DNA from: Thermoproteus tenax Kra 1 | GTDB taxonomy: Archaea > Thermoproteota > Thermoprotei > Thermoproteales > Thermoproteaceae | Assembly: GCF_000253055.1 (NCBI RefSeq) | Contig: NC_016070.1 | Location: 1,230,001 to 1,262,000 of the forward strand | Length of the DNA stretch: 32,000 bases | Direction of reading: 5' to 3' | In this document: piece by piece, positions 1 to 8,745 of the stretch | Layout of the letters: the number at the start of each line of letters is the position of its first letter | Numbering within the stretch: position 1 is the stretch's first letter | Notes under the pieces: model-generated | The model's input: the letters and a program-made list of their open reading frames with translations, nothing else | Databases searched by the model: none | What the model was told of the DNA's origin: nothing | Made by a program: the position numbers and the translations under genes

Positions 1-2
1 AA

Positions 3-314
3 TATAGGCCGAGGGCCGTCGGCCCCGGCGACGTGGTCTTGTTGGGCCTCACATCGCGACCGCCTCTGGGGGCTACGTTGGTGGAGCTCAGCGGCCACTT
101 CGCTGTGCATAAACCGCAAGACGGCTTGGGCCTTCCTCTGAGCAACCACTCGGACTTCCCCGGGCTTCTGGAGATGGCGCTCAGGAGCAGAGCCAAGAGG
201 ATCTATACAGTCTACGGCCACGCCGCTGAGCTCGCCAAGTGGCTCAACAGACTTGGCGTAAGGGCCTCGACGATACCCCCGAAAGGGCAGATGGAGCTGA
301 CCCAGTGGCTCTAG
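3..314 (+). CDS. C-terminal part of an MBL-fold/beta-CASP-type exonuclease-like protein (5' end outside window)
   Basis: Frame is open from base 3 (YRPRAVGPGDVVLLGLTSR...), with LSNHSDFPGLLEMALRSRAKRIYTVYGHAAELAKWLNRLGVRA resembling the C-terminal 'H.D...L......P..V...HG...L...L...G' region of beta-CASP/MBL exonucleases. Confidence 0.6.
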   Translation, partial: YRPRAVGPGDVVLLGLTSRPPLGATLVELSGHFAVHKPQDGLGLPLSNHSDFPGLLEMALRSRAKRIYTVYGHAAELAKWLNRLGVRASTIPPKGQMELTQWL

Positions 315-2143
315 TCGGGAACCTCCACGTATTTCTCGAGGGTCTCTGCGACGTGCGCGAGCCCCAGCCTCTTCAAAGTGCTCCTCCTCGGCACTCCGTT
401 CTGGCCCCAGCCCCTCAAGTCGTAATAGTGGCTCAAGAGCTCGTTGTATTTGTCGTAGTCTAAGTGTGCGCCCTTCAGCGGGCCCTTCGTGAGAGGCCTC
501 TTGAACCACTTGGGGGGCGGCACATCCAATTCCCGGCTCCAGTAGCCGTACTCCCTTATCCAGAACGCCCTTATCAGCGCGTATATTCTGTCGCCGACCT
601 CGTTGAAGTAGTCGGGGGTCGCGTCGATACCTGTCGCCGCCTTGAAGAGCTTGGGATACCAGTCTAAAGACAAGCCCACCTCGACCCAGGGCAGACGGCA
701 TGCCACGAACGCCTCGAACCAACCGCCTCTAATCCTCTGTAGCTCTATCACTTTTGCGGCCTTTTCCCTCGTATATCCGAGGCGGTCCGTCTTGACCTCC
801 CACGAGATGACCCATGCGTCCTTGTGATGGGGGCCTATGGGCGAGGTGGCGTAGGCAAGCGCCATGGCGGGAGCTGCGTGGCAGTCGTACCCGCTCACCT
901 CGAGGCCCTTGACTTGCACCGCCAGCTCCTCTGCGCCCTTTCCCAACCTCTGCGAGGCTCTCATGGTGCCCTCGGCGAGGAGATCTCCGAAGCCCCTCCT
1001 GAGAGCTATGTCGATGGCCAGCTCGCGGGCGGCCTTGTAATCGCCCCACTCTATCTTGTAGCCGAACTCCTTCGTCAAACCCCTCTCGCTTGCCTCCATG
1101 GCGAAGCCGAGAGTGTTGCCGAGAGATATAGTGTCCATGCCCATTAAGTCCGCCACGCGGTTCAGCTCGGCGACCTTCGACAAATCTCCGATGCCCAAGT
1201 TGGAGCCCAACAGAGCTATGTTCTCGTAGTCGACCTCAGCGGTGCCCTCCTCGGAGGGTACCCAATGTCCGCAGGGCATGAAACATAGAGGGCACGACTT
1301 GAGGTCGACCTCCATTTTCTCCACCATGGCCCCTCCTATTTTCTCAAACTCGTCGAACTGGCCCTCCGAGAAGTTATATGTTGGGAGAACGCTGGCCTCC
1401 TGCGCCCATTCAACTGTAGATGTAGTGCCTTGCTTCATCCAGAAGCTGTAGCCGGGCATCTTCCTCCCTTGTTCAACGGCCTCTATACCTATTTTGTTTA
1501 TCGCCTTATCGGCCACGGGTATCTCGCCCTTGCCCTTGACCACCACCGCCTTTAAGTTCTTGGAACCCATCACGGCGCCCATTCCCGGCCTGCCTCCGGC
1601 CCTCCCCCTCTGGGCCACGACCACAGCGTATTTAACAAGCCTCTCGCCCGCCGGCCCTATGGTCAAGACGCCGGCGTCCCTTCCGTGTATCTTCTGTAGT
1701 TTGTCCTCGGTGGCCCACGTGTTGAGCCCCCACAAGTCGCTGGCGTCGTGGAACTCTACTCCCCTCTCATCTATATAGAGATATGTAGGTTTATTCGCCC
1801 TACCTTCTACAACTATAGCGTCGTAGCCGGCCCTCCTCATATAGACTCCGGCCCAGGCCCCTATGTTGCCATCGCCGTATCCGCCGGTGATTGGCGATTT
1901 GGCGGCGACAACCAACTTGCCCGTATTGACGTTTGTCAAACCTGTCAACGGCCCGGCGGCAAATATGAGTTTGTTGTGCGGCGAGAGCGGATCTGTGCCT
2001 GGGGGAAGCTCGTCCCACAATATCTTTATCGCAAGCCCCCTCCCCCCTATGAAGTCCCTCGCAATAGAGGCGTCCAGCTCTTGTACGACGAACTTCCTTC
2101 TAGTGAGGTCCACTCTGAGGATCCTCCCTTGCCATCCAGGCAT
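311..2143 (-). CDS. aor: Aldehyde ferredoxin oxidoreductase family tungsten/molybdopterin enzyme
   Basis: 610 aa; N-terminus GWQGRILRVDLTRRKF and FIGGRGLAIKILWDELPPGTDPLSPHNKLIFAAGPLTG; [4Fe-4S] motif CPLCFMPC plus distal Cys (FVACRLPW). Confidence 0.95.
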   Translation of the reverse strand: MPGWQGRILRVDLTRRKFVVQELDASIARDFIGGRGLAIKILWDELPPGTDPLSPHNKLIFAAGPLTGLTNVNTGKLVVAAKSPITGGYGDGNIGAWAGVYMRRAGYDAIVVEGRANKPTYLYIDERGVEFHDASDLWGLNTWATEDKLQKIHGRDAGVLTIGPAGERLVKYAVVVAQRGRAGGRPGMGAVMGSKNLKAVVVKGKGEIPVADKAINKIGIEAVEQGRKMPGYSFWMKQGTTSTVEWAQEASVLPTYNFSEGQFDEFEKIGGAMVEKMEVDLKSCPLCFMPCGHWVPSEEGTAEVDYENIALLGSNLGIGDLSKVAELNRVADLMGMDTISLGNTLGFAMEASERGLTKEFGYKIEWGDYKAARELAIDIALRRGFGDLLAEGTMRASQRLGKGAEELAVQVKGLEVSGYDCHAAPAMALAYATSPIGPHHKDAWVISWEVKTDRLGYTREKAAKVIELQRIRGGWFEAFVACRLPWVEVGLSLDWYPKLFKAATGIDATPDYFNEVGDRIYALIRAFWIREYGYWSRELDVPPPKWFKRPLTKGPLKGAHLDYDKYNELLSHYYDLRGWGQNGVPRRSTLKRLGLAHVAETLEKYVEVPD

Positions 2144-2160
2144 GGATTGCTTATCAATTC

Positions 2161-2168
2161 TTATATAT
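2161..2168 (-). promoter_or_regulatory. Putative archaeal TATA box for the AOR gene
   Basis: Minus strand reads ATATATAA about 18-25 nt upstream of the ATG at 2143, consistent with a leaderless or near-leaderless transcript. Confidence 0.5.
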
Positions 2169-2209
2169 CACTTTTATCTTCGGCGCGTAGCGCGTTTCGG
2201 AGATATAGC

Positions 2210-2218
2210 TTTTAAATT
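2210..2218 (+). promoter_or_regulatory. Putative TATA box for the glucan phosphorylase gene
   Basis: CTTTTAAAT lies about 20-28 nt upstream of ATG 2238, favouring 2238 over 2223 as the start. Confidence 0.45.
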
Positions 2219-2237
2219 GACGATGCCCCCCCGCGCA

Positions 2238-3695
2238 ATGATAGTGTCGATAACTCCTGAGCTTGCTCTAGACGGAAGCAAGAACTACGCGGGAGGTCTC
2301 GGCGTCTTGGAGGGCGACAAGTTCTATGCGGCGGCCAGACTCGGAGTGCCCTATACTGTGATAACTCTGTTATACGACAGAGGGTATGTGGAATATACAG
2401 AGCAGAATGGACAGCTGGAGCCCACAGAGGAGGATCAGTCCAACTTTATCAAGCGGCTGGAGCTCTTTAGGACCTGTTGGACCACTGTGGGAGGCGAGGA
2501 GGTCGAGGTGGCCTTCTATCTCTACCGTTTGAATACGGCCACCGCAGTCTTCGTGAAGCCTCTAAGGCCGGCCTGGGCCGCCCAAGCCACAGAGCGGCTC
2601 TATATTGAGCGCACAGAGCTGGAGAGGTTCAGAAAGTATATCATCTTGGCGAAGGCCGCCTTGCGCTATATTGAGAAGTTCATAGGGTGGGACAGAGTCA
2701 AGTACGTGGATCTCCAGGAGGCCTACACGGCGCTTGTTCCCCTCCTCAAACCCGATCCTAGGTACCGCCTCGTCGTCCACACGCCTGCTCCGTGGGGACA
2801 TCCGACTTTTCCGTCCCGGTTCTTCAGACAAGAGCTGGGCTTCGATTTAGCCATGAACCCCGTTGTGCTCACCGAATTGGGCTTGGCCGCGTCCTCGGAG
2901 GGGGTGGTAGTCTCCAAAAAGATGGTCCACTTCGCCGCGCGTACGTTCCCGCACCACGCACACAAAATCAAGGCCGTGACCAACGCTGTCGAGATACCCA
3001 GGTGGCAACACCCCGCCGTAGCGGACGTCAAAGGCCCCGAGGAGCTCAAGGCTGCTAGGGCGAGGGTCAAGGAAGAGGCTCTGAGGGCTCTGGGCGTTCG
3101 CACGGATAGGCCCGTTATAGTCTGGGCCAGGAGGTTGACCAGCTACAAGAGGCCGCACTATATGGTGCAATTGATCGAGGAGGTGAACACAGATCTCTTC
3201 TTCATCTTGGGCGGCAGAGCCCATCCCAACGACGAGTACGGAAGGAGGATTATGGCCGAGTTCAAGAGGCTCGCCGCCACTAGGCCGAACGTTTTGTATA
3301 TCCCGAGCCTCTATGTGGAGGACATGAGAAAGATCATATGGGCGGCCGACATTTTCACCTTCACGCCGTTCTCCGGGTGGGAGGCCTCGGGCACCTCGTT
3401 CATGAAGGCCGGGATCAACGGAGTACCCTCAGTGGCCTCGCGAGATGGAGCAGTCGTCGAAGTGGTCAGAGACAGATATAACGGGTGGCTCTTCGGCGAG
3501 GATAGAACCGAGCTTGTGTCGCCCGATACCCCCGATATAGATGAGCGCGAATATGCCGAGTTTAAACAGAAGGTCAATGAGGCCTTGGACGCCCTCGCGG
3601 ATGGATCCTATTGGGAAGTGGCCTTCAACGCCTACAAGACCTTCAGAGAGTACTACTCCATGGAGAGGCTGTTTAAGGAATACGGCTACCTCTGA
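2238..3695 (+). CDS. glgP: Compact alpha-glucan (glycogen/maltodextrin) phosphorylase, GT35 family
   Basis: SITPELALDGSKNYAGGLGVLEGDKFYAAARLGVPYTV at the N-terminus; EASGTSFMKAGINGVPSVASRDGAVVEV matches the PLP-lysine region of glucan phosphorylases; ARRLTSYKRPHYM. The track ORF from 1863 is an artefactual upstream extension over aor. Confidence 0.88.
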   Translation: MIVSITPELALDGSKNYAGGLGVLEGDKFYAAARLGVPYTVITLLYDRGYVEYTEQNGQLEPTEEDQSNFIKRLELFRTCWTTVGGEEVEVAFYLYRLNTATAVFVKPLRPAWAAQATERLYIERTELERFRKYIILAKAALRYIEKFIGWDRVKYVDLQEAYTALVPLLKPDPRYRLVVHTPAPWGHPTFPSRFFRQELGFDLAMNPVVLTELGLAASSEGVVVSKKMVHFAARTFPHHAHKIKAVTNAVEIPRWQHPAVADVKGPEELKAARARVKEEALRALGVRTDRPVIVWARRLTSYKRPHYMVQLIEEVNTDLFFILGGRAHPNDEYGRRIMAEFKRLAATRPNVLYIPSLYVEDMRKIIWAADIFTFTPFSGWEASGTSFMKAGINGVPSVASRDGAVVEVVRDRYNGWLFGEDRTELVSPDTPDIDEREYAEFKQKVNEALDALADGSYWEVAFNAYKTFREYYSMERLFKEYGYL

Positions 3696-4404
3696 GCTCG
3701 GCCAAAAGCGGGATCTCTCTGAGCATATCCTCTGTGACGTACTCCCAGAGGATCCCGGAGGGCTTCATATCTGTCCTCGAGGTTCTCAGAGCCCTCGTGG
3801 GCGTGACGACTATATCGACGGGGAGATCGAAGGGCTCCCTCGGTATATCGTCGTCCACCAACTGTACGTCGTGTACAGTCGTTACGACCGGCGTAGATTC
3901 GCCGACTTTGCCGTAGTAGCTGAGTATGCCCCACTCTATCTCGGCGTATCCGTGGCTTTTGCCCAACCTTCTCCCAGTCTTGGGATTGACCGCCACAGAG
4001 CCTATTATTACTAGGTCGATCTGCGGCAGATGTTCCGGCGGAGTCGGCCTGCCCCACTTGGCGGCGCCCCCGATGGTCGAGGCCTCTCTATATGCGTCCC
4101 TAGGTATAGCGGATGGATCCAACAAGAGGAAGCCTCCTCTGATCCTGGGCGTGGGCACAACCAGGACCTTCCCGCTCTTCAGAGCGAGCTCTCTGCACAT
4201 CCTCTGCGGAGCATCTGGGTTTATCTTCACTGTCCGGGCCCTCGCGAACTCGGGGAGGGCCGCGGCCCGATCGCAGGCCTTGTCGGAGCCCACGAAGTTT
4301 GGAATTCTGCCGTAGACGGGCTTGGGAAAGGCCGCCAAGCCCCTCTCCTCCAGCAGCCTCCATATCCTCTCCCTTACTGCCTGTTTTGCTGACTTTACAT
4401 CCAC
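3673..4404 (-). CDS. 5-formyltetrahydrofolate cyclo-ligase-like (MTHFS superfamily) protein
   Basis: RERIWRLLEERGLAAFPKPVYGRIPNFVGSDKACDRAAALPEFARARTVKINPDAPQ and later IDLVIIGSVAVNPKTGRRLGKSHGYAEIEWGIL. GTG at 4404 preferred over 4440 because of TATA-like TTATAAAA at 4423-4430. Confidence 0.8.
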   Translation of the reverse strand: MDVKSAKQAVRERIWRLLEERGLAAFPKPVYGRIPNFVGSDKACDRAAALPEFARARTVKINPDAPQRMCRELALKSGKVLVVPTPRIRGGFLLLDPSAIPRDAYREASTIGGAAKWGRPTPPEHLPQIDLVIIGSVAVNPKTGRRLGKSHGYAEIEWGILSYYGKVGESTPVVTTVHDVQLVDDDIPREPFDLPVDIVVTPTRALRTSRTDMKPSGILWEYVTEDMLREIPLLAELRGSRIP

Positions 4405-4422
4405 GTGGAAACGAACTTCGAC

Positions 4423-4430
4423 TTTTATAA
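4423..4430 (-). promoter_or_regulatory. Putative TATA box for the MTHFS-like gene
   Basis: TTATAAAA on the minus strand, centred about 22 nt upstream of GTG 4404. Confidence 0.45.
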
Positions 4431-4515
4431 CTGGAAACATCCTTTAGGGTTGGGGACTGCGCTTTCAACGGGTTTTCTGAGCGACTATTTTAATATCGGG
4501 CCGCTACAACTCCTC

Positions 4516-5886
4516 GTGGATATAGTACTGTTCTTCGAGGTGCATCAGCCATATCGCCTCCGCCCAGACCTCCACAGAGTCTTCCCGAGGGAGCCCTCCT
4601 TTGAGGAGCTCTTCTATTCAGAGTTCGACTCAGCCGTCTTCTCCCGCGTCGCCGAGAGAGTATACCGGAAGGCCACCAAGATAATCCTTGAGGCGTCTAG
4701 GGAGGTCCCGCTCAAGGTGACGTTCAGCGTGAGCGGCCTCGCGTTGGAGCAGATAAGGCGTTGGGCCCCCGACGTCTTAGAGCTCCTCAGAGAGCTCGCC
4801 GCTAGAGGCGTGGCGGAGTTTGTTGCACAGACCTACTACCACAGCCTAGCGTGGTTGATAGACCTAAGGGAGTTTAAAGAGCAGGTGGCACTGCAGATCA
4901 AGGCAGTGGAGGAGTTGATCGGCTATAGGCCCACGGCGGCAGAGAACACCGAGTTCATATACAACAACGACGTAGCTTGCGCCTTCGCTGAGATGGGCTT
5001 CAAGGCGGTTGCCACAGAGGGCGTGGACTGGGTCTTAGGCTGGCGCTCGCCCAACTACGTATACAGATCGTGGGGCTGCGACGTGAGGGTGCTGACGCGA
5101 AACTACCGGCTCAGCGACGACGTGGGATTCAGATTCGGCGCAAGGTGGTGGGACCAGTGGCCTCTCACCGCCGACAAATACGCCGCTTGGCTCGACGCAA
5201 CTCCGGGCGATGTCGTCCTCATAGCTGTGGACTATGAGACTTTCGGCGAACACCACTGGCCTGAATCAGGTATCCATGAATTCCTCCGCTGGCTCCCCAG
5301 AGAGGTCTCCAAAAGGCCGCGCCTCAAGTTTGCGACGCTCACCGAGGCAGCACTGAGGAACCCCCCTCGCGACGTCTACGATGTACCGCCCTGGGCGACG
5401 ATAAGTTGGGCAGATGAGCGCGACCTTTCGGCATGGCTGGGCAACGAGATGCAGAGGAACGCGTTCTCGGTCCTCCGGTGGCTTTACCCCTACGCGAGGG
5501 CCCTCGGAGGAGACGCCTTGAGGCTCTGGAGGCTTCTGTCCACTAGCGACCACTTTTACTATCAAGCGACTAAGTCTGGACCTGCCGGCGAGGTTCACTC
5601 CTATTTCTCCCCCTATGGCTCAGCCTATAAGGCGCACGACATATACATGAACGCGCTGGCCGTGCTCCTCTCAGTTATAAGGGAGAAGTGGCGCCCGCAA
5701 GACGCAGAGAGGCTTGTGTTCAACGACGAGAGGTGCTTCCACTCAGAGGGCGTCCGCCTCTGTTCTCTCGGCGATCTCAAGAGGACGGACGTTGAGTTCA
5801 AACGCCGGCATAAGGAGGACCTTATGAGGTGGCTCACAGACGTCTTCTTGTTGGACGAGGCCTCAGCTGAGGCGCTCTTGAAGTGA
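4516..5886 (+). CDS. Glycoside hydrolase family 57 alpha-amylase/glucanotransferase-like enzyme
   Basis: DIVLFFEVHQPYRLR start, LIGYRPTAAENTEFIYNNDVACAFAEMGFKAVATEG, ALDYETFGEHH-like segment (IAVDYETFGEHHWPESGIHEFLRWLP). GTG at 4516 with TATA-like TTTTAATAT about 20-28 nt upstream; the track start at 4405 is upstream of this. Confidence 0.9.
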   Translation: MDIVLFFEVHQPYRLRPDLHRVFPREPSFEELFYSEFDSAVFSRVAERVYRKATKIILEASREVPLKVTFSVSGLALEQIRRWAPDVLELLRELAARGVAEFVAQTYYHSLAWLIDLREFKEQVALQIKAVEELIGYRPTAAENTEFIYNNDVACAFAEMGFKAVATEGVDWVLGWRSPNYVYRSWGCDVRVLTRNYRLSDDVGFRFGARWWDQWPLTADKYAAWLDATPGDVVLIAVDYETFGEHHWPESGIHEFLRWLPREVSKRPRLKFATLTEAALRNPPRDVYDVPPWATISWADERDLSAWLGNEMQRNAFSVLRWLYPYARALGGDALRLWRLLSTSDHFYYQATKSGPAGEVHSYFSPYGSAYKAHDIYMNALAVLLSVIREKWRPQDAERLVFNDERCFHSEGVRLCSLGDLKRTDVEFKRRHKEDLMRWLTDVFLLDEASAEALLK

Positions 5887-7436
5887 TGCACGCGCCGGAG
5901 GCAATCCGCAAGGTCTATATCCTCACGTTCGAGTACGGCGGATTGATCAAGGTGGGCGGCTTGGGTGAGGCAGTGAGACAGTATGCAGCCGCTCTGGCCA
6001 GGCGGGGCTACTCAGTCACTGTGCTCATGCCCTCGCACGGGAGACATCTGGATCCTAACAGAGGGTTCCCGCTGAGGCCTCTCGACTTCGCCGCGTGTGG
6101 AGAGAGGAGAGGTCTCGACGGACGGATCTATCCCTATTGCATCGGCGCTGAGGAGACGGAGGCCGACGGCGCAAGGATTGTGATGTTCAAGGGGCTCGAT
6201 ACTCCCACAGGGCTCGTCTTCGACAAATGGTACCCCTACGATAACGTGGAGGAGAAAGCGGCGCTGTTCGCGAGAGCGGTCGTGGCATACGCCGAGAGGT
6301 ACGGCCTGCCGGACTTAGTCCACGCAAACGACTGGCATTCAGGCCTCGCGGGGGTGGCGCTCAAGGATTACGCAGAGAGGAGTGGGGTGGCGCTTCCCCT
6401 AGTCTACACCGTACATCTATCCTCGGGCTACGCCTTCCCGTGGCACTACGCTTCATCTGACTGGGCCAGTATATCGGACAGACCTCACCTCGTATGGCGC
6501 GTCTGTTGTCACAAGTGGGAGCGCTACAGCGATGTGTGGAACTCTGTGGGCGGCACAGCAGAGGCGTTCGCGGCCGTTGAAGCCGATGCCCTCTCGAGCG
6601 TCAGCTGGGGCTATCTGAACGAGTTCCTCTCCAAATATGGCGAGTGGATGAGGGGCAAGTCCTGCGTCCTCTACAACGCGACCGACTGGAGGCTCGAGGA
6701 GGCCGAGGCTCATTTCGCGAGGCTCGCCCCCGATGGCTCTCCGTGGAGGCTCGTCGAGGCCGTGCCCCATATGGAGGGGCGGCTTGATAGAGATGGCTCC
6801 CTCTTCGTGGCCGTAGGAAGGGCAACGAGCCAAAAGGGCCTCGATGTGGCCGTAAAGGCGTTGGACTACGCGCCGTCCGCGAGGCTCTTGGTATTGGCTG
6901 TGTCCGTCGGCGACAGAGGGTATGAGGACTACCTCAAGGAGTTGGTCAGAGCGAGGCCCGGCAGAGCTGCCATCACCTTCGCGAGAGTTCCCAAGGATCT
7001 CTATATGGCTCTGATCTATGCGTCCACGGCTTTGGTGATGCCCTCCCGTTGGGAGCCCTTCGGCATCTCCGCCATCGAGGCCATGGCCGTCGGCACGCCG
7101 GTGATAGCTACGGCCGTTGGCGGGCTCCCCGAGGTGGTGCGGGACTTTAGAGCCGGGGAGGGCACGGGCCTGGTGGTGCCCCCCGAGGATGCCTACTCCG
7201 TTGGATTGGCCATGGAGTACCTAGCCCGCTGGCTCTGGCGCGGCAATCCCAACGAGGTTCCAGACCCGGCTATGAGAGCTGCAGCACGACGTTGGCCCAG
7301 ATATATACCGGACCTAAAACGGTATATATCAGCATACGTGGACGAGAGATTCAGAGAAAAAAACTTGTACGAGCAGCTCAAAGATTGTTACGAGAGAGCG
7401 AGGCTAATGGCCTATTATCGCGCTATAACATTGTAG
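5883..7436 (+). CDS. glgA: Glycogen/starch synthase (GT5-like)
   Basis: YILTFEYGGLIKVGGLGEAVRQYAAALARRGYSVTVLMPSHG (KVGGLG motif), HANDWHSGLAG, PSRWEPFGISAIEAMAVGTPVIATAVGGLPEVV. Confidence 0.93.
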   Translation: MMHAPEAIRKVYILTFEYGGLIKVGGLGEAVRQYAAALARRGYSVTVLMPSHGRHLDPNRGFPLRPLDFAACGERRGLDGRIYPYCIGAEETEADGARIVMFKGLDTPTGLVFDKWYPYDNVEEKAALFARAVVAYAERYGLPDLVHANDWHSGLAGVALKDYAERSGVALPLVYTVHLSSGYAFPWHYASSDWASISDRPHLVWRVCCHKWERYSDVWNSVGGTAEAFAAVEADALSSVSWGYLNEFLSKYGEWMRGKSCVLYNATDWRLEEAEAHFARLAPDGSPWRLVEAVPHMEGRLDRDGSLFVAVGRATSQKGLDVAVKALDYAPSARLLVLAVSVGDRGYEDYLKELVRARPGRAAITFARVPKDLYMALIYASTALVMPSRWEPFGISAIEAMAVGTPVIATAVGGLPEVVRDFRAGEGTGLVVPPEDAYSVGLAMEYLARWLWRGNPNEVPDPAMRAAARRWPRYIPDLKRYISAYVDERFREKNLYEQLKDCYERARLMAYYRAITL

Positions 7437-7480
7437 AAAGATTCCAAAGAAAAAATTTAATATTACGCTCAGCAATTTTC

Positions 7481-8341
7481 GTGGGCGTAAGGGTGGCCGT
7501 CATACCGGTGGGCGGCGAGGCCGTCCGGCTCCGCCCTCTGACGGTGGAGACCTCCAAGGCGATGGTGAGGATCTTGAACAGGCCCCTCATGGAGCTGACC
7601 GTGGTGGGACTGGCCAGACAAGGCGTCGAGGAGGTAATAATGGGTGTCCGGGGGTACTACAACTACAAGGACATCTACGACTATTTCGGCGAGGGCCACT
7701 GGATCGAGAAAGAGTACGGAGTGAGGGTGAGGCTGCGCTATATGCCCAGAGCTGAGACCAGAGGCAACGCCGAGGCCGTGAAGATCTCCCTAGAGTACTA
7801 CGGAATACGGGAGCCGGTCCTAGTGGTGCAAGGCGATAATCTCTTTGAGATAGATCTAGCCGACTTCTATCGCTACTATAGGTCTAAGAAGGCCTTTATG
7901 GCCATAGCTCTGAAGGAGGAGGAAAGGCTTGAGGAATTCGGCGTAGCCGCCGTGGATGAGGATATGAGGATCTTGAAATTTGTCGAAAAGCCTAAGAGGC
8001 GCGAAGATGCGCCGAGCAAGCTCGTCAACACCGGCCTCTACCTCCTCTCTGAGGACTTTCTGAGCTTCTTCGAGGGCGAGGTGGGGTCGAAGCTCTTGAG
8101 GGAGGGTAAAATGGACTTCGGCTCCAACGTCATCCCAGCGGCGATAGAGGCAGGTCTCCCCGTCTACGGCTACCACACCAAGGGCTATTGGTTCGACGTA
8201 GGGACGCCCGAGCGGTATTTAGCCGCTGCCCAGTATCTGTTGGCCAAGCTGAGCCCTGCGGATCTGTCCTCCGAGGAGGTGCTCCCCAAGGTCTACATAC
8301 AGGGGACCAGCCCTGAGTCGTTGGCGTTCAAAAGGAGTTAA
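7481..8341 (+). CDS. Sugar-phosphate nucleotidyltransferase, N-terminal catalytic domain (apparently split from its C-terminal beta-helix domain)
   Basis: VAVIPVGGEAVRLRPLTVETSKAMVRILNRPLMELTVVGLARQGVEEVIMG; VVQGDNLFEIDLADF; LVNTGLYLLSEDF; KGYWFDVGTPERYLAAAQYLL. Start GTG 7481 or 7493; TATA-like TTTAATATTA upstream. Stop at 8339-8341 seems premature. Confidence 0.85.
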   Translation: MGVRVAVIPVGGEAVRLRPLTVETSKAMVRILNRPLMELTVVGLARQGVEEVIMGVRGYYNYKDIYDYFGEGHWIEKEYGVRVRLRYMPRAETRGNAEAVKISLEYYGIREPVLVVQGDNLFEIDLADFYRYYRSKKAFMAIALKEEERLEEFGVAAVDEDMRILKFVEKPKRREDAPSKLVNTGLYLLSEDFLSFFEGEVGSKLLREGKMDFGSNVIPAAIEAGLPVYGYHTKGYWFDVGTPERYLAAAQYLLAKLSPADLSSEEVLPKVYIQGTSPESLAFKRS

Positions 8342-8401
8342 AAGAGAGGATACTCTCGGGCGATGTGAAAGTGGAAGGCAATGTGTTAATCGGAAGGGCA
8401 T

Positions 8402-8704
8402 GTGAAGATAGGCCACGGCGTCTACTTGAGCAACTCGATAATAGACAACTACACGGTGGTGGAGGACGGGGCGAGGATCGAGGATTCCGTCGTCATGGAC
8501 AGATCTATAATAGGCCCGGGGGCGAGGGTCCAGAGCTCCATAGTGGGGAGACATAGCTATGTGGGGGCTGGCACTGTGCTGTGGGGCTCAGTGTTGGGCG
8601 ACGACGTATGGGTCGGCTCCAACGCCTATCTGCACTACGCAAAGATCTGGCCCCACAAGGTCGTCAACGACGGAGTCAAACTCGAGAACTTCGCGCTCAC
8701 TTAA
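8402..8704 (+). CDS. C-terminal left-handed beta-helix domain of the upstream nucleotidyltransferase (separate ORF through apparent frameshifts)
   Basis: KIGHGVYLSNSIIDNYTVVEDGARIEDSVVMDRSIIGPGARVQSSIVGRHSYVGAGTVLWGSVLGDDVWVG hexapeptide repeats, same frame as 7481-8341. The linker KERILSGDVKVEGNVLIGR is in another frame at 8341-8397. Confidence 0.75.
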   Translation: MKIGHGVYLSNSIIDNYTVVEDGARIEDSVVMDRSIIGPGARVQSSIVGRHSYVGAGTVLWGSVLGDDVWVGSNAYLHYAKIWPHKVVNDGVKLENFALT

Positions 8705-8745
8705 TCGGTTTCGACAAAGATAAAAAGGTCGTTGTTAGGCGCTGT

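Noticed and set aside
1863-2237. N-terminal 125 aa of track ORF 1863..3695
   Set aside because: This is antisense to the conserved N-terminus of AOR and lies upstream of the TATA-like element. Phosphorylase homology starts at ITPELALDGSKNYAGG, so the start is 2238 (or 2223).
5625-6833. Long minus-strand ORFs opposite GH57 and glgA
   Set aside because: High-GC antisense shadow ORFs with low-complexity composition and no recognised motif; the sense frames carry strong family motifs.
7292-7480. Upstream extension of the nucleotidyltransferase ORF
   Set aside because: It overlaps the 3' end of glgA out of frame. Homology begins at VAVIPVGGEAVRLRPL, and a TATA-like element sits just before 7481.
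8581-8745. Upstream extension of trpA
   Set aside because: It overlaps the beta-helix domain of the preceding gene out of frame and has no TrpA similarity; GTG 8746 fits better.
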